A DNA stretch of 33,557 nt from Chrysochromulina tobinii. Its lineage: Eukaryota. Both the position numbers and the translations under genes were made by a program. The notes under the pieces are model-generated. The model did no database searches and was not told the DNA's origin. It was given only the letters and a program-made list of their open reading frames with translations. Each line of letters opens with the position of its first letter. Within the stretch, counting starts at the first letter, position 1. Below, piece after piece: positions 9,115-18,649 of the stretch. The stretch lies in the NCBI GenBank assembly GCA_001275005.1, contig JWZX01002071.1, positions 1-33,557 on the forward strand. Direction: 5' to 3'.

Positions 9115-11220
9115 TTAGGGCGACTTTACGGGCGGCGGTGGCGGCGGCGGCGGCGGCGGTGGCGGCGGCGTGGACAGCGACTCTCTGCGGCTCGTGTACG
9201 CGGACGGGTGGTCCGCCTTGTAGTAGTCATGCGCTCTCGCGAGCAGCTTCTCCATAGAGACGCGTGCCTCGAACCTATGGATGAGATGGATCAGAGAGGC
9301 CAATCAGTGATGATCAGTGTCAATCAGTGTCAATCAGTGTCAATCAGTGGCAATCGGTGGCAATCGGTGGCACTCAGGGCCTGGAGACGCTTGCCACGGA
9401 TTGACGAACCTTTGGAGCGCCTTGACGGCGAAGGCGAAGTCGTCATTTCCGATGAGCTCCTCGCGAATGGAGAGCACCTGATGAGGGAGGCAATTGGATG
9501 CACCCAGAGGCGCTCGGATGCACTCAGAAGCACCCAGAAGCACCCAGTGGCAATCAGGAGCTCCTCGCGCGCGGGCGAACCATGGTGGCGGCAAAGTAGA
9601 TCAGGAAGTTTGATTTGGTTTCGTCTCGGCGCGGATCGGCGAAGAGAGAGTCAAAGAACCGGAGCACGTCGGGCAGCTCCCACTCCTGCGTCATAAGGAG
9701 CGTGATCCATCGGAACCCGTAGAAGGTGGGCGAGACCCGCAGCCTGGTGAGCGTGGTCGAGAGCTGTTGGTCGAGTCGCTCGATCAGGCGCTCGAGTGCG
9801 GTGATCTTTGCGGTGATGCCTATGACGGTATGGTCGAGCTTGGAGCAGAAGTGGTCTCGCAGCTCGGCCATCAGGTTCGTGAAGCAGAAGAATGCATCGG
9901 CCTCCACAGCTTTGAGAGCCTCTTCGAGAGCCGTCGGCATGATGCTGTCCTCGCCGAGCGACTTGAGGCTCGCGCCGCTGGCGTCGGCCGCGGCGGCCTC
10001 AATCTCCTGGCAGAAGACGTAGTAGATTGGGGCGAGGATCTCATTCATGCCTTGAACGTAGCTGAGGCCGGGGCGAGGGGGGAGGAGGGAACGCGACGGT
10101 GGGGGGGAGGGGAGGCGACGGGGGGAATAGGAAGGGCGACGGAGAGGAGGGGGTTCAACGCACCGTATGCCCGGATTGAGTTTCGCATACACGAAAAGGA
10201 TACGTGAGATCGCAGCGTGGTGCACCCGCCCCTCGCGATGGGACGTGTTGTAGAAGGCGTAGTCGGGCAGCGTGCGGTCCACGTCCTTCTTAATCTCGAA
10301 GCGCAGATCCTGATCGGCGTGGAACTCGAGCCACCTGGACCCATGGGTACTGGTCAGCGGATGATCGGAGTCATCTAACTCATCCGCCACCTCTCTCAAG
10401 CTGTCGCCTGCGCCGAGCGGGTCGGCGACGGCATCCGACGCGCCGCCGCCGCCGGCGGCGGGCGCGGCACTGCTCGGTGCCTTCACACCCAGTACCGAGG
10501 TCACCTGTACGTCACAGTCGCTGCCGACTGGCTTCTCATCGCCCTCGCTGCCGCGACCCCCCCGAGCGGGTCGACGGCCGCTGCGGGCGAGAGCGGGTCG
10601 GCGGCGTCGGCGGCGCCGCCGGTGCCGCCGCCGCCATCACCGCCGCCGCCATCACCGCCGCCCGCCGCCTCCATAGCCGCCTTCTCCTCCTTATCCGGCA
10701 CGACGTTGAGCTCCTCGAAGAACGCCTGGTATGACAGGCGCTGCATGGCGAGAAACGTGTGCCACTGCATGCGGTCCTCGGGCAGGTAGCCAAGGAGGAG
10801 CTTCCACGCGATGGCGCGCAGGCGCGGAGTGGCCGAGCAGTCCGGCACGCCCTCGGCGAAGCACGTCTTCTTGATCTTTTCGAACGGCATCGGCCGCTGC
10901 TTCAGCAGGCCTTCGAAGAACGTGGCGCGCTGCTCGGGCGTGAGCTGCGGCATCGAGGGCTGCCTTGAGGGCGGCGCGGGCGCCGGCGCAGACCGCGCCG
11001 ACGGGGGCGGCTCTTTGTAGTCGTCCAGCCGCTCGCGCACAGCCGTCTTGAGCTCCGCGAAGGAGGACACGAACCGTGAGGAGAAGTTGGACATTGCCTC
11101 CTTGGCCGCCTCCTTGGCGCGCGCTGTCGACGCCCCTGTGGCCGCTGCTACGGATGGGACCGAAGTCCGCCGTCCGCCCTCCGAGGCCGGCAAATAGCTG
11201 TTCAAGTTGGACCCAGACAT
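9115..11220 (-). CDS. TBC-domain Rab GTPase-activating protein, TBC1D13-like; exons about 11220-10558, 10504-10164, 10061-9581, 9477-9410, 9274-9115
   Basis: 'LRAIAWKLLLGYLP', catalytic IxxDxxR ('IKKDVDRT') and YxQ ('YVQGMNEILAP'), 'EADAFFCF', 'FRWITLLMTQEWELPDVLRFFDSLF'. GT-AG introns at 10062-10163, 9478-9580 and 9275-9409 restore a continuous domain. The junction near 10505-10563 is ambiguous. Confidence 0.92.
9275..9409 (-). other. GT-AG intron containing a 10-mer minisatellite
   Basis: Donor AAG|GTTCGT and acceptor ccatag|G. The + strand reads (caatcagtgt/caatcggtgg)n at about 9301-9378. Confidence 0.85.
9478..9580 (-). other. GT-AG intron with degenerate 10-mer repeats
   Basis: Donor ATG|GTTCGC and acceptor ctcatcag|GTG; gcacccagaa/gcactcagaa-type repeats. 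Confidence 0.85.
10062..10163 (-). other. In-frame, stop-free GT-AG intron (102 nt, C-rich)
   Basis: Donor ACG|GTGCGT and acceptor cctcag|C. Removal restores the conserved 'NPGIRYVQGMNE'. Confidence 0.9.
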
Positions 11221-11510
11221 TCCTAGTATGTGAGAAGAGAGCAGCCGAGCCGGATTTTGCCGATCCCTGTGCTGTGAGCACTTCGTGTTGCTCAGAACGA
11301 CGCTTTTCGACACCATACTTGGCGAAGCGGTCGGAGCACCGACGGCAGTCGATATCCTCGCTTCGTTCCTTACGGTCCGCGGGTTGGTGTTCGGCAGCAC
11401 CGCGGGTCGCGGAGCCGAAGTTCTCCTCAACCAGTCTGCCTCAAATCCTTGAGGGCCCAGCGTCAGTGGCGCTCGATTAACGCAGGAAGTCGCTCTTTAA
11501 CTCTTTAAAC

Positions 11511-12236
11511 TTACACTTGAGCACGCTTTCTGATCACTATCATATGCGAATTGTGGTTGATAGAGTCATGCATCCAATGCTTAATCGTTTGCTCTCTCAC
11601 AAACGCACTCTTTGCGATGTCGACTCCTATGAGCGTGTCAGCGAAGAAGACGTCATTGGCCAGGAAAATATCACGCAGCATTCCGGTCGCATTGTGAGCT
11701 AGCGAGGCGAAGCCAGGCTGGCCAAGGCCACTGCCTAGGTACTTGCCACGACTGTTGCCTCCAGTGTTGATGTCCTCGATCACGTAGAAGCCCCCTGGCT
11801 TGACAAGTCTCCAAAGGGCAGAGGCGATGGCATGCGAATCTTCCCAATTATGGGACGCATCCTCCACCACCAGGTCCATGCTTTCATTCATCAAGTTAAG
11901 GCGTTCGGCCGTATCTGGCATTCCTGCATTGACTTGCCACATGTGGATTCTTTCATTTTTTGCTGTTCGATCGCGTGCCGCAGTTGTGAGCTTGATATCC
12001 ATTCCCCATATTTGGGCGCGATCAAAATAGTCTGCCCACATCAGCAGCGACGAGCCGGCAAGGATCCCGATCTCAGTGACATTGCGCACGTCCTTCCTGA
12101 TTGGGTCGAGTAGCATGCCGTACAAGCCAACATACGAGTGGCCGTGCTTTGCTGATTTGTCGGTTCGATAGTGATCAGCCAGCTGCGATAGCGACGGCAG
12201 CGCCGCGTGCACTATGAGTGACACCAGTCCGTGCAT
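11511..12236 (-). CDS. SAM-dependent methyltransferase resembling sugar O-methyltransferases (MycE/OleY/ElmM-like, Methyltransf_24-type)
   Basis: 'YRTDKSAKHGHSYVGLY', 'NVTEIGILAGSSLLMWADYF...IWGMDI', 'DLVVEDASH', 'LVKPGGFYVIEDI'. Short hydrophobic N-terminus; intronless. Confidence 0.8.
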   Translation of the reverse strand: MHGLVSLIVHAALPSLSQLADHYRTDKSAKHGHSYVGLYGMLLDPIRKDVRNVTEIGILAGSSLLMWADYFDRAQIWGMDIKLTTAARDRTAKNERIHMWQVNAGMPDTAERLNLMNESMDLVVEDASHNWEDSHAIASALWRLVKPGGFYVIEDINTGGNSRGKYLGSGLGQPGFASLAHNATGMLRDIFLANDVFFADTLIGVDIAKSAFVREQTIKHWMHDSINHNSHMIVIRKRAQV

Positions 12237-12832
12237 GCCAAAGTCGTTGCTCCACGCGTCAGTCGCCCGTAGCGCACAACTCGTGCGAGCGCGCTATAGC
12301 GCTATACCCGAATCCGGTACCCGGTACCGGTACGGTAAGAACCCACACCTCGGCTGCACAGCACAACGCCTGGCGAGCTTACAGGTCGGTTATTGAGGTT
12401 CGTATGTGCGATCCGTATGTCTGTCTCGTGTGTGTTCCGGTTCCCCCCGGTGCTATCCGGTACGGGCTTCATGCAGGCGGCGGCCCGGCGGTGAACGGTC
12501 GACCGTCGACTGTGCAATCTGCATGCGGCTGGTCCCGCGCTTGGTTTGTACCGATGCGGCTCACCCCTGTGTCTTTGAACCGACGCGGCTGGCACTAGGG
12601 TAGCAAGTAGCTACCGCTAATATTTCAGATTAGATCCGATAAAACACTCACGTCACTCTACACTCATCTCCCAGATCATCTCGACCGCACTATTCGGATC
12701 GCCCGACCCTGACGACACACAATGTCAGTCGCGTCGGGCAGGGCGTATGGAGGCCATCGTACAAGCTCTCAAGGGCCGGGCCCCGAGCTTTCATGGACGC
12801 GGGATCGGCTGCCAGGCCGCATGCCGCTCGTC

Positions 12833-14116
12833 TCAGCGCGTCTCGAGAAGCGTAGCGATGCCAGGCGTGGCCTTGACGCCTGTGCTCGTGAGAACAATGA
12901 CAGTAGTCTCATCGGCTTTTATGACCCCCCGCGCGATCAAGGTGCGGTACGCCGCGGCCGCCTGCGCGCATGTGGGCTCTGTGTACAGGCCGCACTGCGC
13001 GAGGTCAAAGGTCGCTTGGGCCATCTCCGCCTCTGTCACACGTATAGCGCCACCTTTGGAGCGAACCACCGCGTCGATGCACTCCTGGAGGCGTACTGGG
13101 CGGGAGATCGAGGTACCCTCGGCCATCGTCTTGTTCGGCACGTTCCATTCCGCCGGTGGCGAGTGCCCGTCCGTCTCGCCGAGCGCTTGCAGGATCCCCG
13201 AGGCAAGTGGCGAGCATAGCAGCGGTTGCGCGCAGAAGAGGCGAGGTAGCTTCTGGATCTCACCGGCGCGCTGGAGCTCGCTGAAGCCGAGATCGCAGCC
13301 GAGGATGTTGGAGCCCCCACCCGACGGGATGACCACATTGTCCGGCGCCCGGAAGCCAAGGTCCTCCCAGAGCTCGTACGCGAGTGTTTTAGTACCGTGG
13401 AGGAAGAATGGGTGCCACGCGTGCGATGCGTAAAAGAGGCGGCCTCCATCGCGCCCGTGCGCTGCGACCGCGGCGTCGGACGTGGCCTGGCGCGAGCCCG
13501 GAATGAGCTCCACCGTCGCGCCGTGGGCCTTCATCTGCACCGTTTTCGCCGGCGACGTTGAATCGGGCGCCATGATGGTCGCGTGCAGCCCGCCCGCCGC
13601 CGCGTAGCACGACACTGATGCGCCGCCGTTGCCGCTCGAGTCCTCGAGGACGTGCGTGATACCCTGCTGCCGCAGCAGTGAAAGCATCACTGTGGTACCG
13701 CGGTCCTTGAAGGAGCACGTCGGGTTGTTCCACTCCAGCTTGAAATGAGGGCAACTGCCGGCAAACGGGCGTTGGACGAGTGGCGTACAACCCTCGCCCA
13801 GGGAGATCGGGTCGGCGCATGCCATTGGGAGGGAGGCCGCGTACCGCCATAGGCTGCGTTTGGTCTTGTCAATTTGTCTGCGCGTGATTCCTGGCAGCGC
13901 CGTCAGCATGAGCGGTATGGGCTGTTCTCCAGGCTTGTCATCACCCGACCAGCGTGGCTTGTCGAGCGGATATGTTTTGCCGGTGTACGGTTCGATGTAT
14001 GCAACAGATCCGCCGAGCGACGCAATCACGTGCCGCAGTCGACCAGTCGTATACGCGCGGTGCAAGAGTAACGCCGCCAACCCAGCCGAGAGCGAAAGGG
14101 TGACGAAAGCCGACAT
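12833..14116 (-). CDS. thrC: PLP-dependent fold-type II enzyme, bacterial-type threonine synthase-like, with hydrophobic N-terminal extension
   Basis: 'SLWRY', 'ISLGEGCTPL', PLP lysine in 'FKLEWNNPTCSFKDRG', 'EDSSGNGGASV', 'GTKTLAYELWEDLGFRAPD', 'PSGGGS', 'EPTCA', 'LTSTGVK'. The first ATG is at 14116. Confidence 0.85.
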   Translation of the reverse strand: MSAFVTLSLSAGLAALLLHRAYTTGRLRHVIASLGGSVAYIEPYTGKTYPLDKPRWSGDDKPGEQPIPLMLTALPGITRRQIDKTKRSLWRYAASLPMACADPISLGEGCTPLVQRPFAGSCPHFKLEWNNPTCSFKDRGTTVMLSLLRQQGITHVLEDSSGNGGASVSCYAAAGGLHATIMAPDSTSPAKTVQMKAHGATVELIPGSRQATSDAAVAAHGRDGGRLFYASHAWHPFFLHGTKTLAYELWEDLGFRAPDNVVIPSGGGSNILGCDLGFSELQRAGEIQKLPRLFCAQPLLCSPLASGILQALGETDGHSPPAEWNVPNKTMAEGTSISRPVRLQECIDAVVRSKGGAIRVTEAEMAQATFDLAQCGLYTEPTCAQAAAAYRTLIARGVIKADETTVIVLTSTGVKATPGIATLLETR

Positions 14117-14145
14117 TTCACACGTGTCCACACTTCGAATCAGAC

Positions 14146-14185
14146 AAGTCAAGTCAAGTCAAGTCAACTCAAGTCAAGTCAAGTC
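14146..14185. repeat. (AAGTC)8 pentanucleotide microsatellite
   Basis: Directly visible, with one variant unit (aactc); about 30 nt upstream of the threonine synthase ATG. Confidence 0.95.
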
Positions 14186-14792
14186 TAGATGGATCCCCCT
14201 CCGCCATCTCCATCGACTCCTGTCCTCCCCTGCTGGCCTCCGGAGCACATTCGATAGGCTTCCGTGGTTGTCTGTTGTAGCGGACTAGGGTGTAGGGACT
14301 TGCGACTTCCGACTTGCAATTGGGGACTTGACTATGACTTGAACGACTTCTCGTATTATGCATCCGAATTCACAATTGAGAGGCCACAGTGTCTCCCTGG
14401 ACCCTGCCCCGCTCTCGGACTGTCCTCGACCACACGTGATATACACGCTCTTCTACAGCACATGTTTACCTGCAGGCGCGGCACGAATCACGTCTGTAGA
14501 GACGTAGTCCCGCCTGTGGTGTGCTGCATCACATGCAACATGGACTTGTGTACCCACATGTATGATAGCGCGGGTGCTCATGCTCATGCAAGAGCACCTG
14601 CCCTGAGTTGCGTGATGCCAAGGAGCACGCCGCCTGCGCGATAACGCATCACCACTCACGAGCACCGCTATCGGCTATACGAGAGGAGCTGCCACCTCAG
14701 CAGAGCGCATCCGAAGCCGAGGATGCCTTGTTAGGATGCCGCGTGCGCCAAGGTGCGAGCACCGTCATGCGGGCGATCCGCGATAAGGGCGC

Positions 14793-15584
14793 TCACAGCC
14801 GCTTGCCCGAGTCGTACCAGGACACGACGCTCGAGGCGGGGGCTGCCGGAGGGGACGGTGGCTTCCAGCCGGGGGGTGGTTCCCACTGCTCACGTGCGGG
14901 CTCCTTCGGCCACGGGCCGCGCATGCGGTGCGGGGCGCTGCCGCCGCCGACGGCAGGCCATTCCTTGAGGGCCCCGGCGGTCGGGCTCGATGACGGAGCG
15001 CTCTGGCCCTTGAAAGAGGCGACGAACTGATCCCACATGCTAGCCATGTTCGGCAACTTGGAGGTTGGGGGCGGGGGCGGCGGCGCGGCGGGCGCAGGCG
15101 CCGCAGGCTTCGCGGACACGAGGCGGTCGCCCCTGTCATACCACGAGGTCACAGGTTTGGAGGGCTTCTGCCAGCCGGGCGGCGGTTCCCACTGCTCACG
15201 TGCGGGCTCCTTCGGCCACGGGCCGCGCATGCGGTGCGGGGCATTGCCGCCGCCGACGGCAGGCCATTCCTTTGGCGGTGCCGACCGTGCCGCCACCGCC
15301 ACCGTCACGGGAGCAGCCGAGGGTGGAGCCGACGATTCCGTGCTCGGCTCCTTTTTGTTGTTTGCATAGGCGACACCGCCAATAAGTGCTGCTGCAATGG
15401 CGCCAAAGGAGGCTTGGACGTTCGGGTCGTTGAAATTGAGCGTACTGGTCAAAGAGGCTGCCTGCTGAGCGTCGACGGCAACGGGTGACGTTGCTCGCCG
15501 TGCGGTAACGGTCGGTGTGCGCGGCGTCGTGCTCGTGAGCAGCAAACCGAACGGGGCAATCGCCATCCAAAGGGGCATCGGCAT
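14793..15584 (-). CDS. Probable plastid-targeted single-TM protein with a duplicated Trp/Pro-rich module and SWYDxGxRL motifs
   Basis: Signal-like 'MPMPLWMAIAPFGLLL', S/T/R-rich transit-like 'TSTTPRTPTVTARRATSPVAV', TM 'ASFGAIAAALIGGVAYA', then 2x 'KEWPAVGGGxAPHRMRGPWPKEPAREQWEPPPGW...VxSWYDxGxRL'. Confidence 0.75.
   Translation of the reverse strand: MPMPLWMAIAPFGLLLTSTTPRTPTVTARRATSPVAVDAQQAASLTSTLNFNDPNVQASFGAIAAALIGGVAYANNKKEPSTESSAPPSAAPVTVAVAARSAPPKEWPAVGGGNAPHRMRGPWPKEPAREQWEPPPGWQKPSKPVTSWYDRGDRLVSAKPAAPAPAAPPPPPPTSKLPNMASMWDQFVASFKGQSAPSSSPTAGALKEWPAVGGGSAPHRMRGPWPKEPAREQWEPPPGWKPPSPPAAPASSVVSWYDSGKRL
14865..15272. repeat. 102-bp intragenic direct repeat (14865-14966 and 15171-15272), about 95% identical
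   Basis: Direct comparison of the two copies. Differences are mostly at synonymous positions. Confidence 0.95.
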
Positions 15585-17229
15585 TTCTTTAGCCGACTCG
15601 GTGAGATGCGTCGGAGGTCATCACGAGAGGGTGTGTAATTCCGAGCTCGTATTTTGATGGCGTCTCATCTCCTCCGCAGCGGCGAGACGAAAGGGGGGCG
15701 CAGGCGATGGCAAATGGAGAGATTGTTGGGGACAGATCTGTCCTCCGACGCGCCTGGAGCCGGCCGCAGCGGGGTCAATGAGCCCCAAAGAGAAAGTCTA
15801 CAGACTGTCTGCATGACTGTATGACACGATGAGCGGGGCGGAGGCGCGCGGAGGCAATTATAGGTTGACTTATACACGTAACGTTCACACATCCGCTAAA
15901 AAAATGTGAGAAGCATCGCGCGCCCGACGGCCTGCGCATGACTGCTGCGTCGGCAGCACTGACGCGTTTATCACCTGCGCAGGCCGGTTGCGTACCCCCC
16001 CAATCTCTACGGAGCACTGTGGCGCGGCAATTTATTCCTGACAATAAGTTCTCCGTTCTTCGTATGCGTTCTATGTCTCTTCTTCCTCATGTATGTCCTC
16101 GTGGCATGCGGCATGTCAGAGATATACGCCGTCTGCACTTTCTTTCTCTTCGTACGGTACCTGGCCAAGACACTGCGCGTAACTCGATTGAGGTGATGCC
16201 TCCGCTCAGGCCTCTGCGACGAACACCAGGGCCGAGTGTGAGCATGCCCGTCGCCGCCATGTGTTGGAGATTAGATTCTACTACATGATTTATTTGGCCA
16301 TTTGGTCACACTAAGTCTCATGATATTCTCATGATGGACTTCGGTTTCAAGGAAAAAAGGCACGCGGGCGTATGGCGCACCGATTACAACGCTCCACGTC
16401 GGTCCGTGCTCAGACCCCACGGGCGATCTCGCGATCTCCCCCTCTGCCACCGAGGCGTTCAGGCCACACGCCGGACGTGTGACGAAAAATCGGATTGGGC
16501 AATACCACCTCAGTAGCTAAACGCCGCCTCGACGGCATCGGGCGGTCTGCTCCATGTTCAAGCTTTTTTGTTCTTTCGCGGGTAGGAGCGTCAGCGTGGG
16601 GGCGCCTCACATTCGCTCACATTTCGCCTTTTTGCTGACCGGCTCGTGTGATGGTACAAGGAGGGCGAACCTGTACTTAGTTACTACCTCCTTGGTCCTT
16701 CCGTTCCGGTCCGGTCGCGTTCGGTCCGGCGCGGTCTATTGCCGCCCGGTTCGGTACCCCCGGTCGCGCACAAAAGCGACTTAAAGTTAAACCATAAACG
16801 GTCACTCCGTGGTCCGTCGACTCTGTATCGTGTATCTTGACGTCTTCACACACGATAACAGATAACAGACACATAGCCCCATAAGCCATAACACACTGCC
16901 ATCGCACTCAGCACGAGCGCGCGCACAAAACAGGGTACGGTTCCGGGGCACAACACGGGCGGAGCGTTCCTGCCGCTCGTTGTTCCCTATACTCCACGCC
17001 GATGCACGACGCTATGGCCCCTGACGTGTCCATGAGCACGAACCGACGACATACTAGACTCACTCATGCCACCTCACAGTCCGCCGAGGCGCATGCACGC
17101 CAATAGATGGCCAAATGCCCTCCTCCCTGGGGCGAGTCGCCATGAGCCTACCATGAGCCCCGTGCACCAAGGCGCCTTGGTAGGAGGGGGAAGGGGGGGT
17201 CGCGACTCTCCTCACAGAGGGCAGCCGGC

Positions 17230-18201
17230 TCAATGGTGGCCTGTGGCCTGCGCCTCGAGCAGGCGCTCACGCACGCGCGCCTGCCGCTCCGTGATCACTA
17301 TACGCGCCGGCTCCTCCTCTTCGGCGCCAGGGCTGTTCGGGCTGCGTCCGGTGTTCTTGCGCGAGGAGCGGCGGGTGGAGTAACGTCCGCTGCCGGGGGT
17401 GGTGCGCGGCGTGGCCGTGTTCCATGCGCGGTTGACGCGCGCAGAGCTCGGGGTCGCCTTGCCGCTGCCGAGCTCCCGGCGGTATTTGTCCATGTCGTTC
17501 ACGATCATGCTGACGTGCTTCTTGGTGGAGCCCGTGACTTCATAGTTCATAGCCGTCGAGTTGGTCGCCCCATGCCCCTGCATGCCCTGCTCGTATGCAA
17601 GCTGGTCGCGCGCCCACGGCTCGGGCGTCATCGGGATGCACCCCTTGAGCGCGGGCGGGCAGTAGTGCATCGGCGTCGAGTCCCACGGAGGCGTCCCTTC
17701 CGGACGGCACTCGAGTGCCGCCAGGTCCTCCGCCACGCGCCGGCGGCGAAGGTCGGCGATGCTGTCGGCCTGCCCGTCGTTGAGCTTGCGCAGGCCAGCG
17801 GTCGCGACGTTGCCGGCCCGCTGGAAACCGTTGCCGCCGCCCGTGTACAGCGTCCGACCCAGCAGACGCTTCAGCTCCTCCACCTCGGCGTCGTTCTTTG
17901 CCTTCGCGGCCTCGAGCACAGCGAGCCGCGCTTCCGTCTTCTCCTTGCCGGAGCGCGCGCTCTTGGGTGAGCGCGCGCTCTTCGGCCGCCGCTTCTCGTA
18001 CTTGGGCACGTCGCCCTCCTCGACCACCTCCATGTCCGCCGTCAGCTCTGCAAGCCGCTTCTGCTGATCAACCCACCGGTCCCACTCAGAGATGGACTTG
18101 CTGACCGCGGGCGTGGGTGACGGGAGAGCATGCGACCCGGGCTTCAGGCTCGACTCGTCCCGAGTGGGCTCGCGCTCGTCGGCCGGCACCTGCTTCGGCA
18201 T
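17230..18201 (-). CDS. Hypothetical protein (about 323 aa), partly coiled-coil or disordered
   Basis: From the ATG at 18201 (MPKQVPADERE...) codons are GC3-rich. It includes 'PKSARSPKSARS' and 'PPWDSTPMHYCPP'. The upstream ORF extension crosses a microsatellite and the opposite gene. Confidence 0.7.
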   Translation of the reverse strand: MPKQVPADEREPTRDESSLKPGSHALPSPTPAVSKSISEWDRWVDQQKRLAELTADMEVVEEGDVPKYEKRRPKSARSPKSARSGKEKTEARLAVLEAAKAKNDAEVEELKRLLGRTLYTGGGNGFQRAGNVATAGLRKLNDGQADSIADLRRRRVAEDLAALECRPEGTPPWDSTPMHYCPPALKGCIPMTPEPWARDQLAYEQGMQGHGATNSTAMNYEVTGSTKKHVSMIVNDMDKYRRELGSGKATPSSARVNRAWNTATPRTTPGSGRYSTRRSSRKNTGRSPNSPGAEEEEPARIVITERQARVRERLLEAQATGHH

Positions 18202-18396
18202 GGAGGCCTGGGCCCCGGCACCGTGGAGGCCCGGATCAGCAACTGCGCGTCTACCGCGCTCCTGGAAACAAAGTTGTCGAAATTGCATTCTAAGTTCGAT
18301 GTAACTGTTCTTCCCAAAAGTGGATTCCGCGGAATCGGTCCTCAACTCTCCGCAGCAGGGCCAGGCCCAGGGGGCGGGGGCCAGGGCCAGGGGGGC

Positions 18397-18460
18397 GAGT
18401 GAGTGAGTGAGTGGGTGAGTGAGTGAGTGAGTGAGTGAGTGGGTGAGTGAGTGAGAGTGA
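18397..18460. repeat. (GAGT)n tetranucleotide microsatellite between divergent genes
   Basis: gagtgagtgagtgagtgggtgagt..., about 16 units. Confidence 0.95.
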
Positions 18461-18649
18461 TTGCCAGGGGGGCGGCAGTTTGCATAGGCGCTGCGATGAG
18501 CGCCTCCAGAACTTCGTCCATGCGATAGCGGCTCCCGTGCTGTGGGGTCGTCGCGTTGTGGGGACCGCGACGAAACTGACTTTCTATGGGCGTTGTGTTG
18601 GACTGAGCCGAGCGTCCTCAAGCAGGTTTCAGCCCACGCAGCGACCGCC

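Noticed and set aside
15600..17200. Short ORFs in the long spacer
   Set aside because: Lower GC, no codon bias or motifs; treated as intergenic.
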